Source: a virus (Duplodnaviria; Caudoviricetes). From it: 64,000 nucleotides of DNA. Location of the stretch: positions 32,001-96,000 of IMG/VR virus record IMGVR_UViG_3300031994_000006, one strand, 5' to 3'. Below, one piece after another: positions 1-9,388 of this stretch; position 1 is the first letter of the stretch; every line of letters begins with the position of its first letter. Both the position numbers and the translations under genes were made by a program. Under the pieces are notes generated by a model. The model was not told the DNA's origin and searched no databases. It worked only from the letters and a program-made list of their open reading frames with translations.

Positions 1-2967
1 ATCGACCGTCGACGGACTGTCCTTCCATTTGACGTACGCCTTGGGCGCCAGCCTCTGCCGGATCCTTGCCCTACTGCCGGCGAATGCCTCCTTTAGCATC
101 CTCGCGAAGTCGGACAGCCTGTCCGTATTGACAAGCCATACCCTGTCTGAGAATTCCGTAAAGTCCTGCCATGTAGGATCCCTGGTGACGATTTCACCTT
201 CAAACGTGTTCCTCAGGGTCGTCTCATCCGTGAACCATTCAGGATATTCATACTGGAAGTTATATCTGACCGTATAGTGTTCCCTGCCGCTGAGCGCGAA
301 CTTCACCATCCTCACCCATACCTTATCGCCGAGCACATACAGCCTGAGTGACCACTCCTGCACGAACTGTTTCATATTCCCGCGCCCCTCGGCCGACCTC
401 TTACTGCCTTCCGGCATAAGCCTGAAGATGTCTATGAAGTTCATGTCTTTCGGCATATGGCCGCTCTCATAGCCCATGACGCCGCGGACGAACGAATTCT
501 CAATATACACGACGCCCGCAAGATGCCTGGTCCTACGATCCTGCGGATTCTCGACAACGACCCATTTGTCGTCCTCGAGCATCTTCTTGATCATGGCCGT
601 GAGCATCTCCGCGGCCGACTTGCCGTCTGTATGGAAAGGACTGTCGAAGTCGAACGCCGACTCTTTCTTCCTGGCCTGATTACCGGCCCTGAACGCCTCG
701 TTTACATTGCCGAAGGCCCTGTCGATACATTCCCTGAATTTCGCGGTATTCTCCGGATTGAGCAGCATCGTCGGATATCCGTGTTCGACCATAAGATGGG
801 TTTCAAGATTGATTTCCGAGAACATATCCAGATACGCGTTCGGTTCTTCATTGCGTTCAAGGCTGTCACAGAAATAGTCCCATGAAGTACTCATCGATTC
901 ATCATAGGACTCGGTCGAGATCCACAGCCTGGCCCATCCGCCGTAGACGCTGACGTTATTCGGCGAATCACAGTCGAACTCAAATGTAATCCTCTCATCC
1001 AGGCCGTTGTATTCGACGGTCGGGGAATACACACCGAGCTTAATCGACTTGTCATCGAGATGTGAATAGTCAAGAAGCTCGGTATTATCGGGATACCTGT
1101 TCGTTATATCCTTGAAAAGCCTGAGAACGTCTTCGGCGTTACGGCATCCGAGAGATACCGACTCGACTGTATCCTGTACAGACTCCTTCTTCCTCGCCCT
1201 GTTGCCGGCGCGGAACGCCTCGATTACCTGACCGGCAAGATGACGCTTTGTCATCCATTCCTTTACATTAATACAGTTTTCATTTTCGCCTCCGGGTTTT
1301 TGGATTTTAATTCCGAGCCGTTTGATGAAAGGCATGAGACTCTCCGGGATATCCCAGATACAGTCACATTTGACAGTCAGATCAGCCGGTAAAAAAGTCA
1401 GTCCTTCACATCCTTTGATAAACAAATCACCTTCAATAGTCAGTCCCTGAGGCAAAGATCTCAGATTGGTGCAGTTTTCAAGATGCAGGCAGTCTCCGAC
1501 CGTCATTCCTTGCGGTAATGACGTCAGTTCGGTACAGTTCTCGAGAAACAGATTGCCTTTGAAATCGGTTAAACTTGGAGGAATGCTTGTCAATTTTGTA
1601 TAATCAAGAGATAAATCGCCTCCGACGACAAGATCGGCGGGCAATGAGGTTATCGGACAGTCTGAAAGTTCCAAATTCTCTCCTACGTACAGACCGGCGG
1701 GCAATGATTTTAATTTACTGCAGCCGCTGAGGCCTAACGATCCTCCGACCTTCAGTCCCTGGGGCAGTGAAGTCAGGCTAATACAGTCATAGAGAAGCAG
1801 ACTGCCGAAAACCTCGAAATCAGAAGGCAAAGAACTCAGATTGCTGCAACCGGTCAAATCCAGGAAATCAGACGTCAGTCCTTCCGGCAGTGAAATTATG
1901 TCATCGCAATAAGTAAGATTCCATTCATCACTGTCAAGATAAATCCTGTTATTCCTGATTTCAGCTTCAACACCGGTCTGTTCCTCAAATTGTTCAATCC
2001 GCGCTTTAAGAAGGTCGACTGTCTGTACAGCATTCTGAACGGATTCTTTCTTCCTGGCCCTATTGCCGGCGCGGAACGCCTCGCTGACGGGCCATTCGAT
2101 GCCGCATATGTCCCTGAGGATTCCCATGCGGTACTGGCCGAACGTCATGCCGTTCGACATTTTAGAGTCGTTGGCAAGTTCGTCCAGGTACATCTCCCAG
2201 TCATAATGCACGAATCCCATGTCGTCGACGTGCAGTATCCAGAAAGCCCCGTGGGGATCGCCCTCTATCGGCCAGAGGATTCCCTGCCACTGTGTGACGT
2301 CGTCGTCGAACGTCACCATATAGGTATCGACCTTCCCGGGATCCGAGACCGTCTCACACCAGTAGAACAGCCATCCCTGCGGCTCGGGGACCGCGTCCGG
2401 ATCCGGCAGCTTGTATCCCCTGATATCGTCACTGTCCTCCCATGAGCATATACGTCCGTCGCCGAATACGTCGACCTTATTCACAGTATAGCCCTTTTGC
2501 ATCATCAGGGAGATGACCGATGCCATATAGCTGCCGGATGACACCTGATTGACCGCACCGACGGCGGATTCCTTCTTCCTTGCCCTGTTGCCGGCCCTGA
2601 AGGCCTCGTCGGTCCTCGGGACACGTATCATGGCATCCATGACATTGAAGTCCGTACTGCGTCCCCTGTTGGGCCTGAAGCCGAATCTCCTGTAGAACTT
2701 CTGCAGCCTGCCGACCGATGTGGCGCCCATTGACTTGTCAGGTGTCAAAGTCAATGTCCAGCCCTGTCTGTCCGCCAATCCGGCCAGATCCTTCATGAAT
2801 CTGGTACCGGCGCCCTTGCCGCGTTCCCTGGCCGCGATACGGCTGATCTTCAGATAATTACGGGAAAGGCTGAGCGAGAGCTCGCTCAGTCCGTATTCCT
2901 CCATCAGTCCGGGATCATTGATACAGATGCCCTTGTCCGAGAGCTTGTCGATAAGACTGTCTATCAT
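1..2967 (-). CDS. Tag-delimited polyprotein A (partial, >=989 aa): N-terminal GNAT acetyltransferase-like domain, then tagged modules including a 9-repeat LRR module
   Basis: ATG at 2967, 20 nt after the portal stop. No stop-terminated ORF is listed in this frame, so it runs off the left edge. Begins MIDSLIDKLSDKG...RERGKGAGTRFMKDL...RLQKFYRRFGF. Tags are in frame at 2607, 2082, 1221, 699 and (degenerate) 90. Confidence 0.88.
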   Translation of the reverse strand, partial: MIDSLIDKLSDKGICINDPGLMEEYGLSELSLSLSRNYLKISRIAARERGKGAGTRFMKDLAGLADRQGWTLTLTPDKSMGATSVGRLQKFYRRFGFRPNRGRSTDFNVMDAMIRVPRTDEAFRAGNRARKKESAVGAVNQVSSGSYMASVISLMMQKGYTVNKVDVFGDGRICSWEDSDDIRGYKLPDPDAVPEPQGWLFYWCETVSDPGKVDTYMVTFDDDVTQWQGILWPIEGDPHGAFWILHVDDMGFVHYDWEMYLDELANDSKMSNGMTFGQYRMGILRDICGIEWPVSEAFRAGNRARKKESVQNAVQTVDLLKARIEQFEEQTGVEAEIRNNRIYLDSDEWNLTYCDDIISLPEGLTSDFLDLTGCSNLSSLPSDFEVFGSLLLYDCISLTSLPQGLKVGGSLGLSGCSKLKSLPAGLYVGENLELSDCPITSLPADLVVGGDLSLDYTKLTSIPPSLTDFKGNLFLENCTELTSLPQGMTVGDCLHLENCTNLRSLPQGLTIEGDLFIKGCEGLTFLPADLTVKCDCIWDIPESLMPFIKRLGIKIQKPGGENENCINVKEWMTKRHLAGQVIEAFRAGNRARKKESVQDTVESVSLGCRNAEDVLRLFKDITNRYPDNTELLDYSHLDDKSIKLGVYSPTVEYNGLDERITFEFDCDSPNNVSVYGGWARLWISTESYDESMSTSWDYFCDSLERNEEPNAYLDMFSEINLETHLMVEHGYPTMLLNPENTAKFRECIDRAFGNVNEAFRAGNQARKKESAFDFDSPFHTDGKSAAEMLTAMIKKMLEDDKWVVVENPQDRRTRHLAGVVYIENSFVRGVMGYESGHMPKDMNFIDIFRLMPEGSKRSAEGRGNMKQFVQEWSLRLYVLGDKVWVRMVKFALSGREHYTVRYNFQYEYPEWFTDETTLRNTFEGEIVTRDPTWQDFTEFSDRVWLVNTDRLSDFARMLKEAFAGSRARIRQRLAPKAYVKWKDSPSTVD
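61..2607 (-). repeat. Coding tag repeats EAFRAGN(R/Q)ARKKES x4 plus one degenerate copy
   Basis: Copies at 2566-2607, 2041-2082, 1180-1221 and 658-699; degenerate LKEAF-AGSRARIR at ~61-96. Confidence 0.92.
1370..1920 (-). repeat. Nine ~21-aa leucine-rich repeats (LxLxxCxxLxSLPxGLxVxG)
   Basis: Manual translation gives DLTGCSNLSSLPSDFEVFGS, LYDCISLTSLPQGLKVGGS, LENCTELTSLPQGMTVGDC and similar units. Confidence 0.9.
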
Positions 2968-2987
2968 ACCGGTCCGTCATTCATCAT

Positions 2988-4856
2988 TTACATAGGCGCC
3001 GCAGGCGCGGGTGCGGCACCGGCCATCGGATCAGGCGCAGGCGCGGCCCCGGCCATCGGGTCCATACCTGACATCGGGTCCATACCTCCTGCCATAGGAT
3101 CACCGCCCATCATCGGATCCATGCCTCCCGCCATCGGGTCACCTCCCGCCATCGGGTCCATACCGCCTCCCATTCCGGGATCCATGCCTCCGCCGGGTGC
3201 TCCGCCCTGTCCGGCGACCTGCTGGGCCGCGAGTATCTGTATGTCAATGGCCTCCTTCTTCTCCTGCAGCAGGTAGTTCTCGTTCGTCTTGAGGTCCTCC
3301 TTGGTGAGTCCCATGTACTTCTCAATGAGGAACTTGACGCTGAACGCGGGTGTGCCGTCCGCCTTCTTGAGTCCCATAAGCGAGCTGACGGCGGTCGCGC
3401 CCTGCTGTGCGGTCGCGCGTTCCTTGGCGAGCTCGAACTGGTTGTCGTTGTTGTATTTCAGGCCGATGGAGTTCGGTATGACGCTGTTGAGCGCGAAGAG
3501 AGGCTGCTTCAGGCAGAACTGTATCCAGGTCGCCTTAAGCAGTATCTCCTTGAACACTGACTGTATGCGCTTGATGAATCTCGCGAACGCGGCCTCTTCT
3601 CGCGTTATCATGGCGTCTCCGTTCGCGGGGTTGTTCGGCGCGGCCTGCGGGTCGAGCAGGAACCTGTTCGCCGGGATCTTCGACTCCAGGATGAACCTGC
3701 GCCACCAGTACTTGAGCTCGTCGGTCGAATTGAGGTTGTATCCCTCGACGCCTATCTCCTCGATTTCCGTCTGAATGCCGGCCATGCTCGGGAAAATGTA
3801 CGTCTTGTTGAACGAGAACTTCGGCTGGCCATTGACGGTCATTGTACCGTCGATGTCGTTGATCTGTGTGTCCTCGTTGTAGTACGCCTTCAGCTCATTG
3901 AGCCTCTGCCGCTGACGGTCAGGCGTCTGGTCGCCGACCGGCACCACGATCTTGATCCTCTTCTGGGCGTTCTGGATGTTCCAGATGATGCGGCTGTTCT
4001 CCAGCTGCCTGAGCATGTTGAACGTCCTGGTGAGCGACTCGAGGTACGATATACGGCTCGTGAAGTTACCCTTAGCCCATGAGATATAGATGATGTGCGA
4101 ATCCGGTATGATGCGCTGCTTCTCGGCGTCGTCACGGTACTGGTACCATATCTTGATGTCCTGCCCGGTCGACTCGTCCTTCACGATGTCCGGCTCGAGC
4201 GTCGTCGGATCAAGCTCCTTGAAGCCGATGATGTCCTTGGCCTGATAGGAGTCTTCGTCATAGTCGAACAGTATCTCGAACGCCAGGAAGCCGTCACAGA
4301 GGAACTTCTTCATGTACTCCCATGCATCGTTGGAGTTTCCCCATCCGAACATGTCATACACGCGCTTGTACGACTCGTCAAGCAGCTTCAGTATCTTCTC
4401 AGACTCCTCGGTCTTCTTCAGCCGGCGCTTCAGGCCGTCCGTGTCGAGGTACGCGAAGAAGTTGTTCTGGTCATATACGACGGCATCGTCCGCTATAGTC
4501 TCGAGTATGAAGTTGATCTCGCCGTTCTGGGCGAAGTCCCTCAGATACTGGCGACGCAGCGGATAGTCACGGTCGAAGAAGCAGACATAGTCCGAGTTGA
4601 TGCGGGTGATATCCTGCGTCTTGGCATAAAGCGAGTCGTAGAAATCCGTGGATACGGTACGGTTGTACATCGTATCGCTGTCACGGTTGGTCTCGGTCGT
4701 ACCGTGCGACAGTGACGACTTGATAAGGGAACGGTCCCAATCGAGACTGATGCTCGACAGGGTCATCGTATTGCTCTTCTTTATGCGGCCCTTGAACTCC
4801 TTCTCGGCGTATTCGCCGGGCGAGTAGCTCCTGAGCAGGTAGTTTTCTTGAGGCAT
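2988..4856 (-). CDS. gp20: Portal protein, T4 gp20-like, with a GGMDPM low-complexity tail
   Basis: Motifs ISYLESLTRTFNMLRQLENSRIIW, ELKYWWRRFILESKIPANRF and ITREEAAFARFIKRIQSVF are typical of T4-superfamily portals. Confidence 0.9.
   Translation of the reverse strand: MPQENYLLRSYSPGEYAEKEFKGRIKKSNTMTLSSISLDWDRSLIKSSLSHGTTETNRDSDTMYNRTVSTDFYDSLYAKTQDITRINSDYVCFFDRDYPLRRQYLRDFAQNGEINFILETIADDAVVYDQNNFFAYLDTDGLKRRLKKTEESEKILKLLDESYKRVYDMFGWGNSNDAWEYMKKFLCDGFLAFEILFDYDEDSYQAKDIIGFKELDPTTLEPDIVKDESTGQDIKIWYQYRDDAEKQRIIPDSHIIYISWAKGNFTSRISYLESLTRTFNMLRQLENSRIIWNIQNAQKRIKIVVPVGDQTPDRQRQRLNELKAYYNEDTQINDIDGTMTVNGQPKFSFNKTYIFPSMAGIQTEIEEIGVEGYNLNSTDELKYWWRRFILESKIPANRFLLDPQAAPNNPANGDAMITREEAAFARFIKRIQSVFKEILLKATWIQFCLKQPLFALNSVIPNSIGLKYNNDNQFELAKERATAQQGATAVSSLMGLKKADGTPAFSVKFLIEKYMGLTKEDLKTNENYLLQEKKEAIDIQILAAQQVAGQGGAPGGGMDPGMGGGMDPMAGGDPMAGGMDPMMGGDPMAGGMDPMSGMDPMAGAAPAPDPMAGAAPAPAAPM
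2991..3200 (-). repeat. GG(M)DPM(A)G peptide repeats in the portal C-terminus
   Basis: GGMDPGMGGGMDPMAGGDPMAGGMDPMMGGDPMAGGMDPMSGMDPMAG. Confidence 0.9.
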
Positions 4857-4881
4857 ATTAGAACTGTATAATCTTCAGCCG

Positions 4882-4889
4882 TATTTATC
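4882..4889 (-). promoter_or_regulatory. T4-like late promoter (GATAAATA) for portal
   Basis: Lies 25 nt upstream of the portal ATG and resembles the T4 late consensus TATAAATA. Confidence 0.65.
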
Positions 4890-4930
4890 GGCTTAATATA
4901 TAAAGCTGAAAACATAACCGTTAAAGCGAA

Positions 4931-5143
4931 ATGCCAGTTCCAATTACATCGACAAGGGTCTATACCGCGGTAAAGGCCCAGGAGATCAACGACGGGGCGA
5001 AGGGACCTGTCAATGCGGTGGATCTCGAGGAGTCACCGACCGAGTTCAACCCGCCCGTGAACGAGTCCGTCAACCCGGACGACCTCGCAACGCCGCTCGA
5101 ACAGGAAAAGAAGACGGGACGCAAGTCCGCGGCGAAGAAATAG
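4931..5143 (+). CDS. Hypothetical protein, 70 aa
   Basis: AT-rich upstream region; followed by a terminator-like hairpin. Confidence 0.65.
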   Translation: MPVPITSTRVYTAVKAQEINDGAKGPVNAVDLEESPTEFNPPVNESVNPDDLATPLEQEKKTGRKSAAKK

Positions 5144-5164
5144 GGGACCTGAGGTTCCCTTTTT
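5142..5164 (+). terminator. Intrinsic terminator
   Basis: aggggacc-tga-ggttccct followed by a T tract. Confidence 0.55.
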
Positions 5165-5176
5165 CGTTTAATAGAC

Positions 5177-5650
5177 ATGAACGGATTGAGTGCGATTGAG
5201 AAACTTGAGCGGGATCTCTTCATAAAGGAGATGTGCGCTCGCCAGCCGTACGGCGTCAGGGTATATTACTGGGGGCCTGAGGAGGAGATGTGGTGTAACG
5301 ACCTCATCGACTGTATTGAGCTGTTCCCGAACGGCGAGGCGGAGTTCTCGATAGGTCAGTACGGCCTGCGGGCAGGGCAGTTCAAGCCCATACTCCGTAC
5401 GCTCGACTCCATGACGGCCGAGGAGCGCCTGGAAATGGGCGAGTATATCAAGAAGGACTATATTTCGCCGTTCGGCGAGATTAAGGACTCCGGTGCAGAC
5501 AACCTGCTGTTGTCCTCAATCAACGGGGCGAAGAACCTTATGCACTGGCTTTACCTGAATAATTTCGATATCAACAACCTGATACCGAGGGGACTTGCCT
5601 ATAACAAGGACTATCCCCTTCCTGATAAAAGGCCTGATCCGGCTACTTAG
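5177..5650 (+). CDS. Hypothetical phage protein
   Basis: KPILRTLDSMTAEE...FDINNLIPRGLA, a pattern I associate with Bacteroidota phage proteins. Confidence 0.75.
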   Translation: MNGLSAIEKLERDLFIKEMCARQPYGVRVYYWGPEEEMWCNDLIDCIELFPNGEAEFSIGQYGLRAGQFKPILRTLDSMTAEERLEMGEYIKKDYISPFGEIKDSGADNLLLSSINGAKNLMHWLYLNNFDINNLIPRGLAYNKDYPLPDKRPDPAT

Positions 5651-6326
5651 TCGAGGCTTCTTTCTGCAGCTTTGATATCGTGCCTCCTCTGAGTCCGTTC
5701 CCGAATTCGAGGAACGGGATATATTTCCATTGCCAATAGTCCACGAACCTCACTCTCGACATGTTCTTTGTGAAGTACTTACGGAAGGCCATGGATCCCG
5801 TGCTCATCCTATACTTGGAACAGATTGTCTTGATGAACTTCCATCCCTCATCCGGCTGAAGCGCCGCAAGCGTCCTCTTGGAATAGACCGGAAGCTTGGC
5901 GGCCACGAGCTGTTCCATCTCGCGCTCCCAGAATGCCGGATCGATATCGGCGCACTCCTGCAGGACCGCGGCCCTCTTGTACGGCGTCAACAGGTTCAGG
6001 TTTATGCCGAACGCATATGTGTCGCCGGCGGCGCCGGGATCACGCCCCGTGCCGGTCACCAGCACAACGGGGCATATGTCGTGCACCATGCCGTCAGGCG
6101 TGACCGGCAGTCCCTGATGCCTGAATACGTAGACGCATCCGGGCATCAGTCCGGTGTGCAGTCTGTTTATACCCGGCTCACCTTCCCAGAAATCAAGGTC
6201 GGACGCCCTCGCAGGACCGTGCTCGTTCTTGTCGAGCAGATCCCTGATAATCGTCTTCTGTGCAAGCTCCGGGTATCTCGTGCTGTTCACGGGATCAGCG
6301 AGCATCTTCAGGAAATCCTTTCTCAT
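5643..6326 (-). CDS. DNA end-protector protein, T4 gp2-like
   Basis: GCVYVF...DICPVVLV...AFGINLNLLTPYKRAAVL...AFRKY resembles the gp2 family core (D.FPLV...GINLHYLP...R...AF+.Y). Confidence 0.6.
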   Translation of the reverse strand: MRKDFLKMLADPVNSTRYPELAQKTIIRDLLDKNEHGPARASDLDFWEGEPGINRLHTGLMPGCVYVFRHQGLPVTPDGMVHDICPVVLVTGTGRDPGAAGDTYAFGINLNLLTPYKRAAVLQECADIDPAFWEREMEQLVAAKLPVYSKRTLAALQPDEGWKFIKTICSKYRMSTGSMAFRKYFTKNMSRVRFVDYWQWKYIPFLEFGNGLRGGTISKLQKEASTK

Positions 6327-9300
6327 ACCTTTCCGAATTCGTCTTTATGGAATATCTCACCGGGTTTCTTCTTGACGGCGTCCTTTGCATTGTCATAGGC
6401 GTCCTTGACATCCTCCTTGGCATCGTCAACGGCTTTCTTCACGTCATTTACTGTATCATTGACGGCCTTGCCGGCCTCCTTCGCCGTATTCCTGGCGGAT
6501 TCCTCCGCATCCTTGACGGCGTCGCCGACGGCCTTCACGCCGGCCTTGCCCTCGTCATACAGCGCCTTGCCCTGTCTCTTCAGATCCTTATACGTGTCGG
6601 TCGCCCTTTCAACCGCCTGTTTCATCTCACGGTTGGCGGACTCCTTGAAGTACTCGATGATCATCTGACGGCTCGGGAGCTGTACGGCCCTCAGCGCGGC
6701 ATATGACTTCTTGTACCGCTCCTGTTCCTTGAGCAGCCTGGTGTTGTCTGCCTTGACAATATTGGAGAAGCCGTCGGCCAGATCGGGCACGCAGAGGTTG
6801 AGCTTCTGAAGCTGTGTCATGAACTCGTCCTTGACCATCATGAGCGCGAGCGTGACCGGTATGACGGCCGAGTTGTTCTCAGAGCTCATGTTGACGTATA
6901 TGATCATCGGCAGTATGGCGATACCCCTGATGGCCAGTCCTATCACGACGAGCAGCTTGACCTTCGGGATGCTCGTCACGTATATGGGAATGTAAATGCA
7001 CGGCAGGGGTATCGGCACGCCGGCTATCACCAGTCCGGTCGCCAGGAATCCGACGGTCATCAGCGTGGCGATGCCGCAATACCTCACCCAATACTTGAGC
7101 TCGGTTATCTCGACCGACGACGCGCCTGACAGATTCCCGGATACGGGCCTGTCGGGACATCTGCCGAGGTCGTCCTCACCGGCCCCCTGTGCCGGCTGTG
7201 CGGCCGGCGTATTGTCAAGCTCCTCGCCGAGCGCGCCGGATCCCTTGTCGGCCGAGCCCTCGCCGGCGGCGGCGCCTCCGCCTGTCCACGTCTCGGGGGC
7301 CTCGGGGGCCTCGGGCTCCTCCAGTGAGACTGACGTATCCAGGTTGACGACCGGACATCCGACGGTCCAGTCATCCGGATCCGCGTCACGGCCCTTCGAA
7401 CCGAGGTTCTTCCTCATCAGGTCCTTCAGGTCATCGACGTTCTGGAAGGTGTAGAGATCATAGTGTATGCCGTCGAGCTCGAAATCCTTCTTCTCCGGCC
7501 ATTCGGCATAGCCGCGGGCCATGCCGTTCTTCTTCATGAACCTGCCGACGGCGTCCTGCCTGCCGGCGAACTCGGGAGGCGTCCTGACCTCGGGCGGCCC
7601 TGATATGCCGGCGGTCTCAGGCATCTCTATGTCATCCTCGCCGAGATCCGTACCGATGAACACCTCCGGACATCCGGGAGGGTTCCAGTCCGTCTGGGCC
7701 CGAAGGTATTCCTCAGGATCCTCGGCGTCGTATCCGGACTGCTCGTCGCCGGCCTCCGGTATGCACGGCACGGACTGCGTCCACAGCCTGCCTCTCGCAA
7801 CGTCGGCGAGATATGTGAGATCCGGGCCGACGTGATTCTCGAAATACGCGTTCCTTGCCCTGACATAGAGATCCTCGAGCAGCCTGAACTCCTCAAGCAG
7901 CACCTTGTTCCCGACCTTCACCTCATGATCGCGGCCCTCGTCGTCCGTCTCAGTACGCTTCTCGATGAATCCCTTCATCATCCCGCGGAACTCCTTCATC
8001 ATGGAACCGTCGGATACGGACGAGTCCGCCACGGGCTCCGCGAGTTCAAGCAGCTCATTACACCTGTCACGGCCGGGATCGGACTTCACACGGGGTATGA
8101 GCAGTACCGGCTCCTCCGTCTTCTCCACGCGGTCGATGCAGAACTCGCATACGAACATGGCGTCGGCCATGATACGGTCGCGTACCCTCATGTTCTCTGA
8201 GCCGAGCGCCAGAAGGGCGGAATGCTCGCCCTCCGTCTTCTTGATATTGTCGGCGGAACACAGCCGCTCGAGCCTCTTCTGTTCAAGTTCCCTCTGTTTC
8301 TCATACCTTTTCAGGATGAGATTCATCGTCAGCGGATAGACGACCGCGTTCGCGACAGCGAACTCGGCCAGCGAGTAGACGAGCGGATCCGTCACCAGTG
8401 AGAAAGGCGTGTTTATGTCCTGGAACTTGGTCTGAAGCTCCTCCGTGAACTCGAGCGCGGCCTTCTCGAACTCCGCCTGGTTCTGAGCCGACATGGCCTT
8501 CTCCCATGACGATACGCGGATGGACGGCAGCGGATCATTGACGACGGAGTTCATAAGCTCCTCGCCTGCCGCGACCTGTTCCTCACCGGACAGTCCCGTC
8601 CTGACGGTCCCGGACGTGGATGATCCGGCGGATGATCCTCCCGCGGGATGCACGGCCTCCTCGACCTTCTTCATGCCGCCGGGGCACATTATGTCAAGGT
8701 CGCTGCCGGCAAGGCCCGAGCCGCTCTCGCAGTACTCGATACAGTCAATAATGATATGCCTTGAGTTGACGGTCTTGAACAGCCTGCCGAATCCTCCGTC
8801 CTTCGGATCCTTACGGACCACGCCGGACTTGAAAATGGATTTCATCGGCTTCATCCTGCGTTCCTGACGGCACCGGCCTATGATGGTATCGGGGCCGACG
8901 GGATCGCCGGGCCTGACCTTCCATATGCCGGGTTCGAACGGCACAGGCGCCGTGTCGGCGGCGAACTCCACGATGGCGATGCGGCACTGGTCGCCCCTTG
9001 ACTGTCCGGGCTCCGGCAGCCTGGGCTGACGGTATATCGCGGATACGTCGGTCAGGAAGGTGTGGCCGTCACCGCCTCCGCCGTGCGGCAGAGGAGACTC
9101 AGGATCGCCTATAAGCTCGTTTATGAGCTCGTCAAGGCCTTTGTTTATCTCTTCAGGAGAAGCGGAAGGATCGATTGCCTCGGGAAGCCCGGGGATGACG
9201 GATTCAGGCTCGGTCCTGTTATACCTTACGGGTATATCGCAGAATCCGAGCTCGTCTATCCTGACGATATCGGCGGACGAGTCGGGCACCGTCGCCATGA

Positions 9301-9388
9301 GCCTCGTCAGCGCGTCGGCCAGGTCCTCGCCGCGGCGTATGAACTCCCGCCTTGCGGCATCCCTTTCATTATCCGTAATCTGCGGCAT
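6323..9388 (-). CDS. Large hypothetical protein (1021 aa) with a long hydrophobic hairpin and an amphipathic C-terminal repeat
   Basis: Long ORF with an ATGA overlap to the next gene. Hydrophobic YCGIATLMTVGFLATGLVIAGVPIPLPCIYIP...LLVVIGLAIRGIAILPMIIYV; KAV.DA.K repeats at the end. Confidence 0.85.
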   Translation of the reverse strand: MPQITDNERDAARREFIRRGEDLADALTRLMATVPDSSADIVRIDELGFCDIPVRYNRTEPESVIPGLPEAIDPSASPEEINKGLDELINELIGDPESPLPHGGGGDGHTFLTDVSAIYRQPRLPEPGQSRGDQCRIAIVEFAADTAPVPFEPGIWKVRPGDPVGPDTIIGRCRQERRMKPMKSIFKSGVVRKDPKDGGFGRLFKTVNSRHIIIDCIEYCESGSGLAGSDLDIMCPGGMKKVEEAVHPAGGSSAGSSTSGTVRTGLSGEEQVAAGEELMNSVVNDPLPSIRVSSWEKAMSAQNQAEFEKAALEFTEELQTKFQDINTPFSLVTDPLVYSLAEFAVANAVVYPLTMNLILKRYEKQRELEQKRLERLCSADNIKKTEGEHSALLALGSENMRVRDRIMADAMFVCEFCIDRVEKTEEPVLLIPRVKSDPGRDRCNELLELAEPVADSSVSDGSMMKEFRGMMKGFIEKRTETDDEGRDHEVKVGNKVLLEEFRLLEDLYVRARNAYFENHVGPDLTYLADVARGRLWTQSVPCIPEAGDEQSGYDAEDPEEYLRAQTDWNPPGCPEVFIGTDLGEDDIEMPETAGISGPPEVRTPPEFAGRQDAVGRFMKKNGMARGYAEWPEKKDFELDGIHYDLYTFQNVDDLKDLMRKNLGSKGRDADPDDWTVGCPVVNLDTSVSLEEPEAPEAPETWTGGGAAAGEGSADKGSGALGEELDNTPAAQPAQGAGEDDLGRCPDRPVSGNLSGASSVEITELKYWVRYCGIATLMTVGFLATGLVIAGVPIPLPCIYIPIYVTSIPKVKLLVVIGLAIRGIAILPMIIYVNMSSENNSAVIPVTLALMMVKDEFMTQLQKLNLCVPDLADGFSNIVKADNTRLLKEQERYKKSYAALRAVQLPSRQMIIEYFKESANREMKQAVERATDTYKDLKRQGKALYDEGKAGVKAVGDAVKDAEESARNTAKEAGKAVNDTVNDVKKAVDDAKEDVKDAYDNAKDAVKKKPGEIFHKDEFGKV

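Noticed and set aside
29-2445. Plus-strand ORFs at the left end (29..277, 457..885, 1990..2445)
   Set aside because: They are antisense to the open minus-strand polyprotein frame that carries the tags, LRRs and GNAT motifs.
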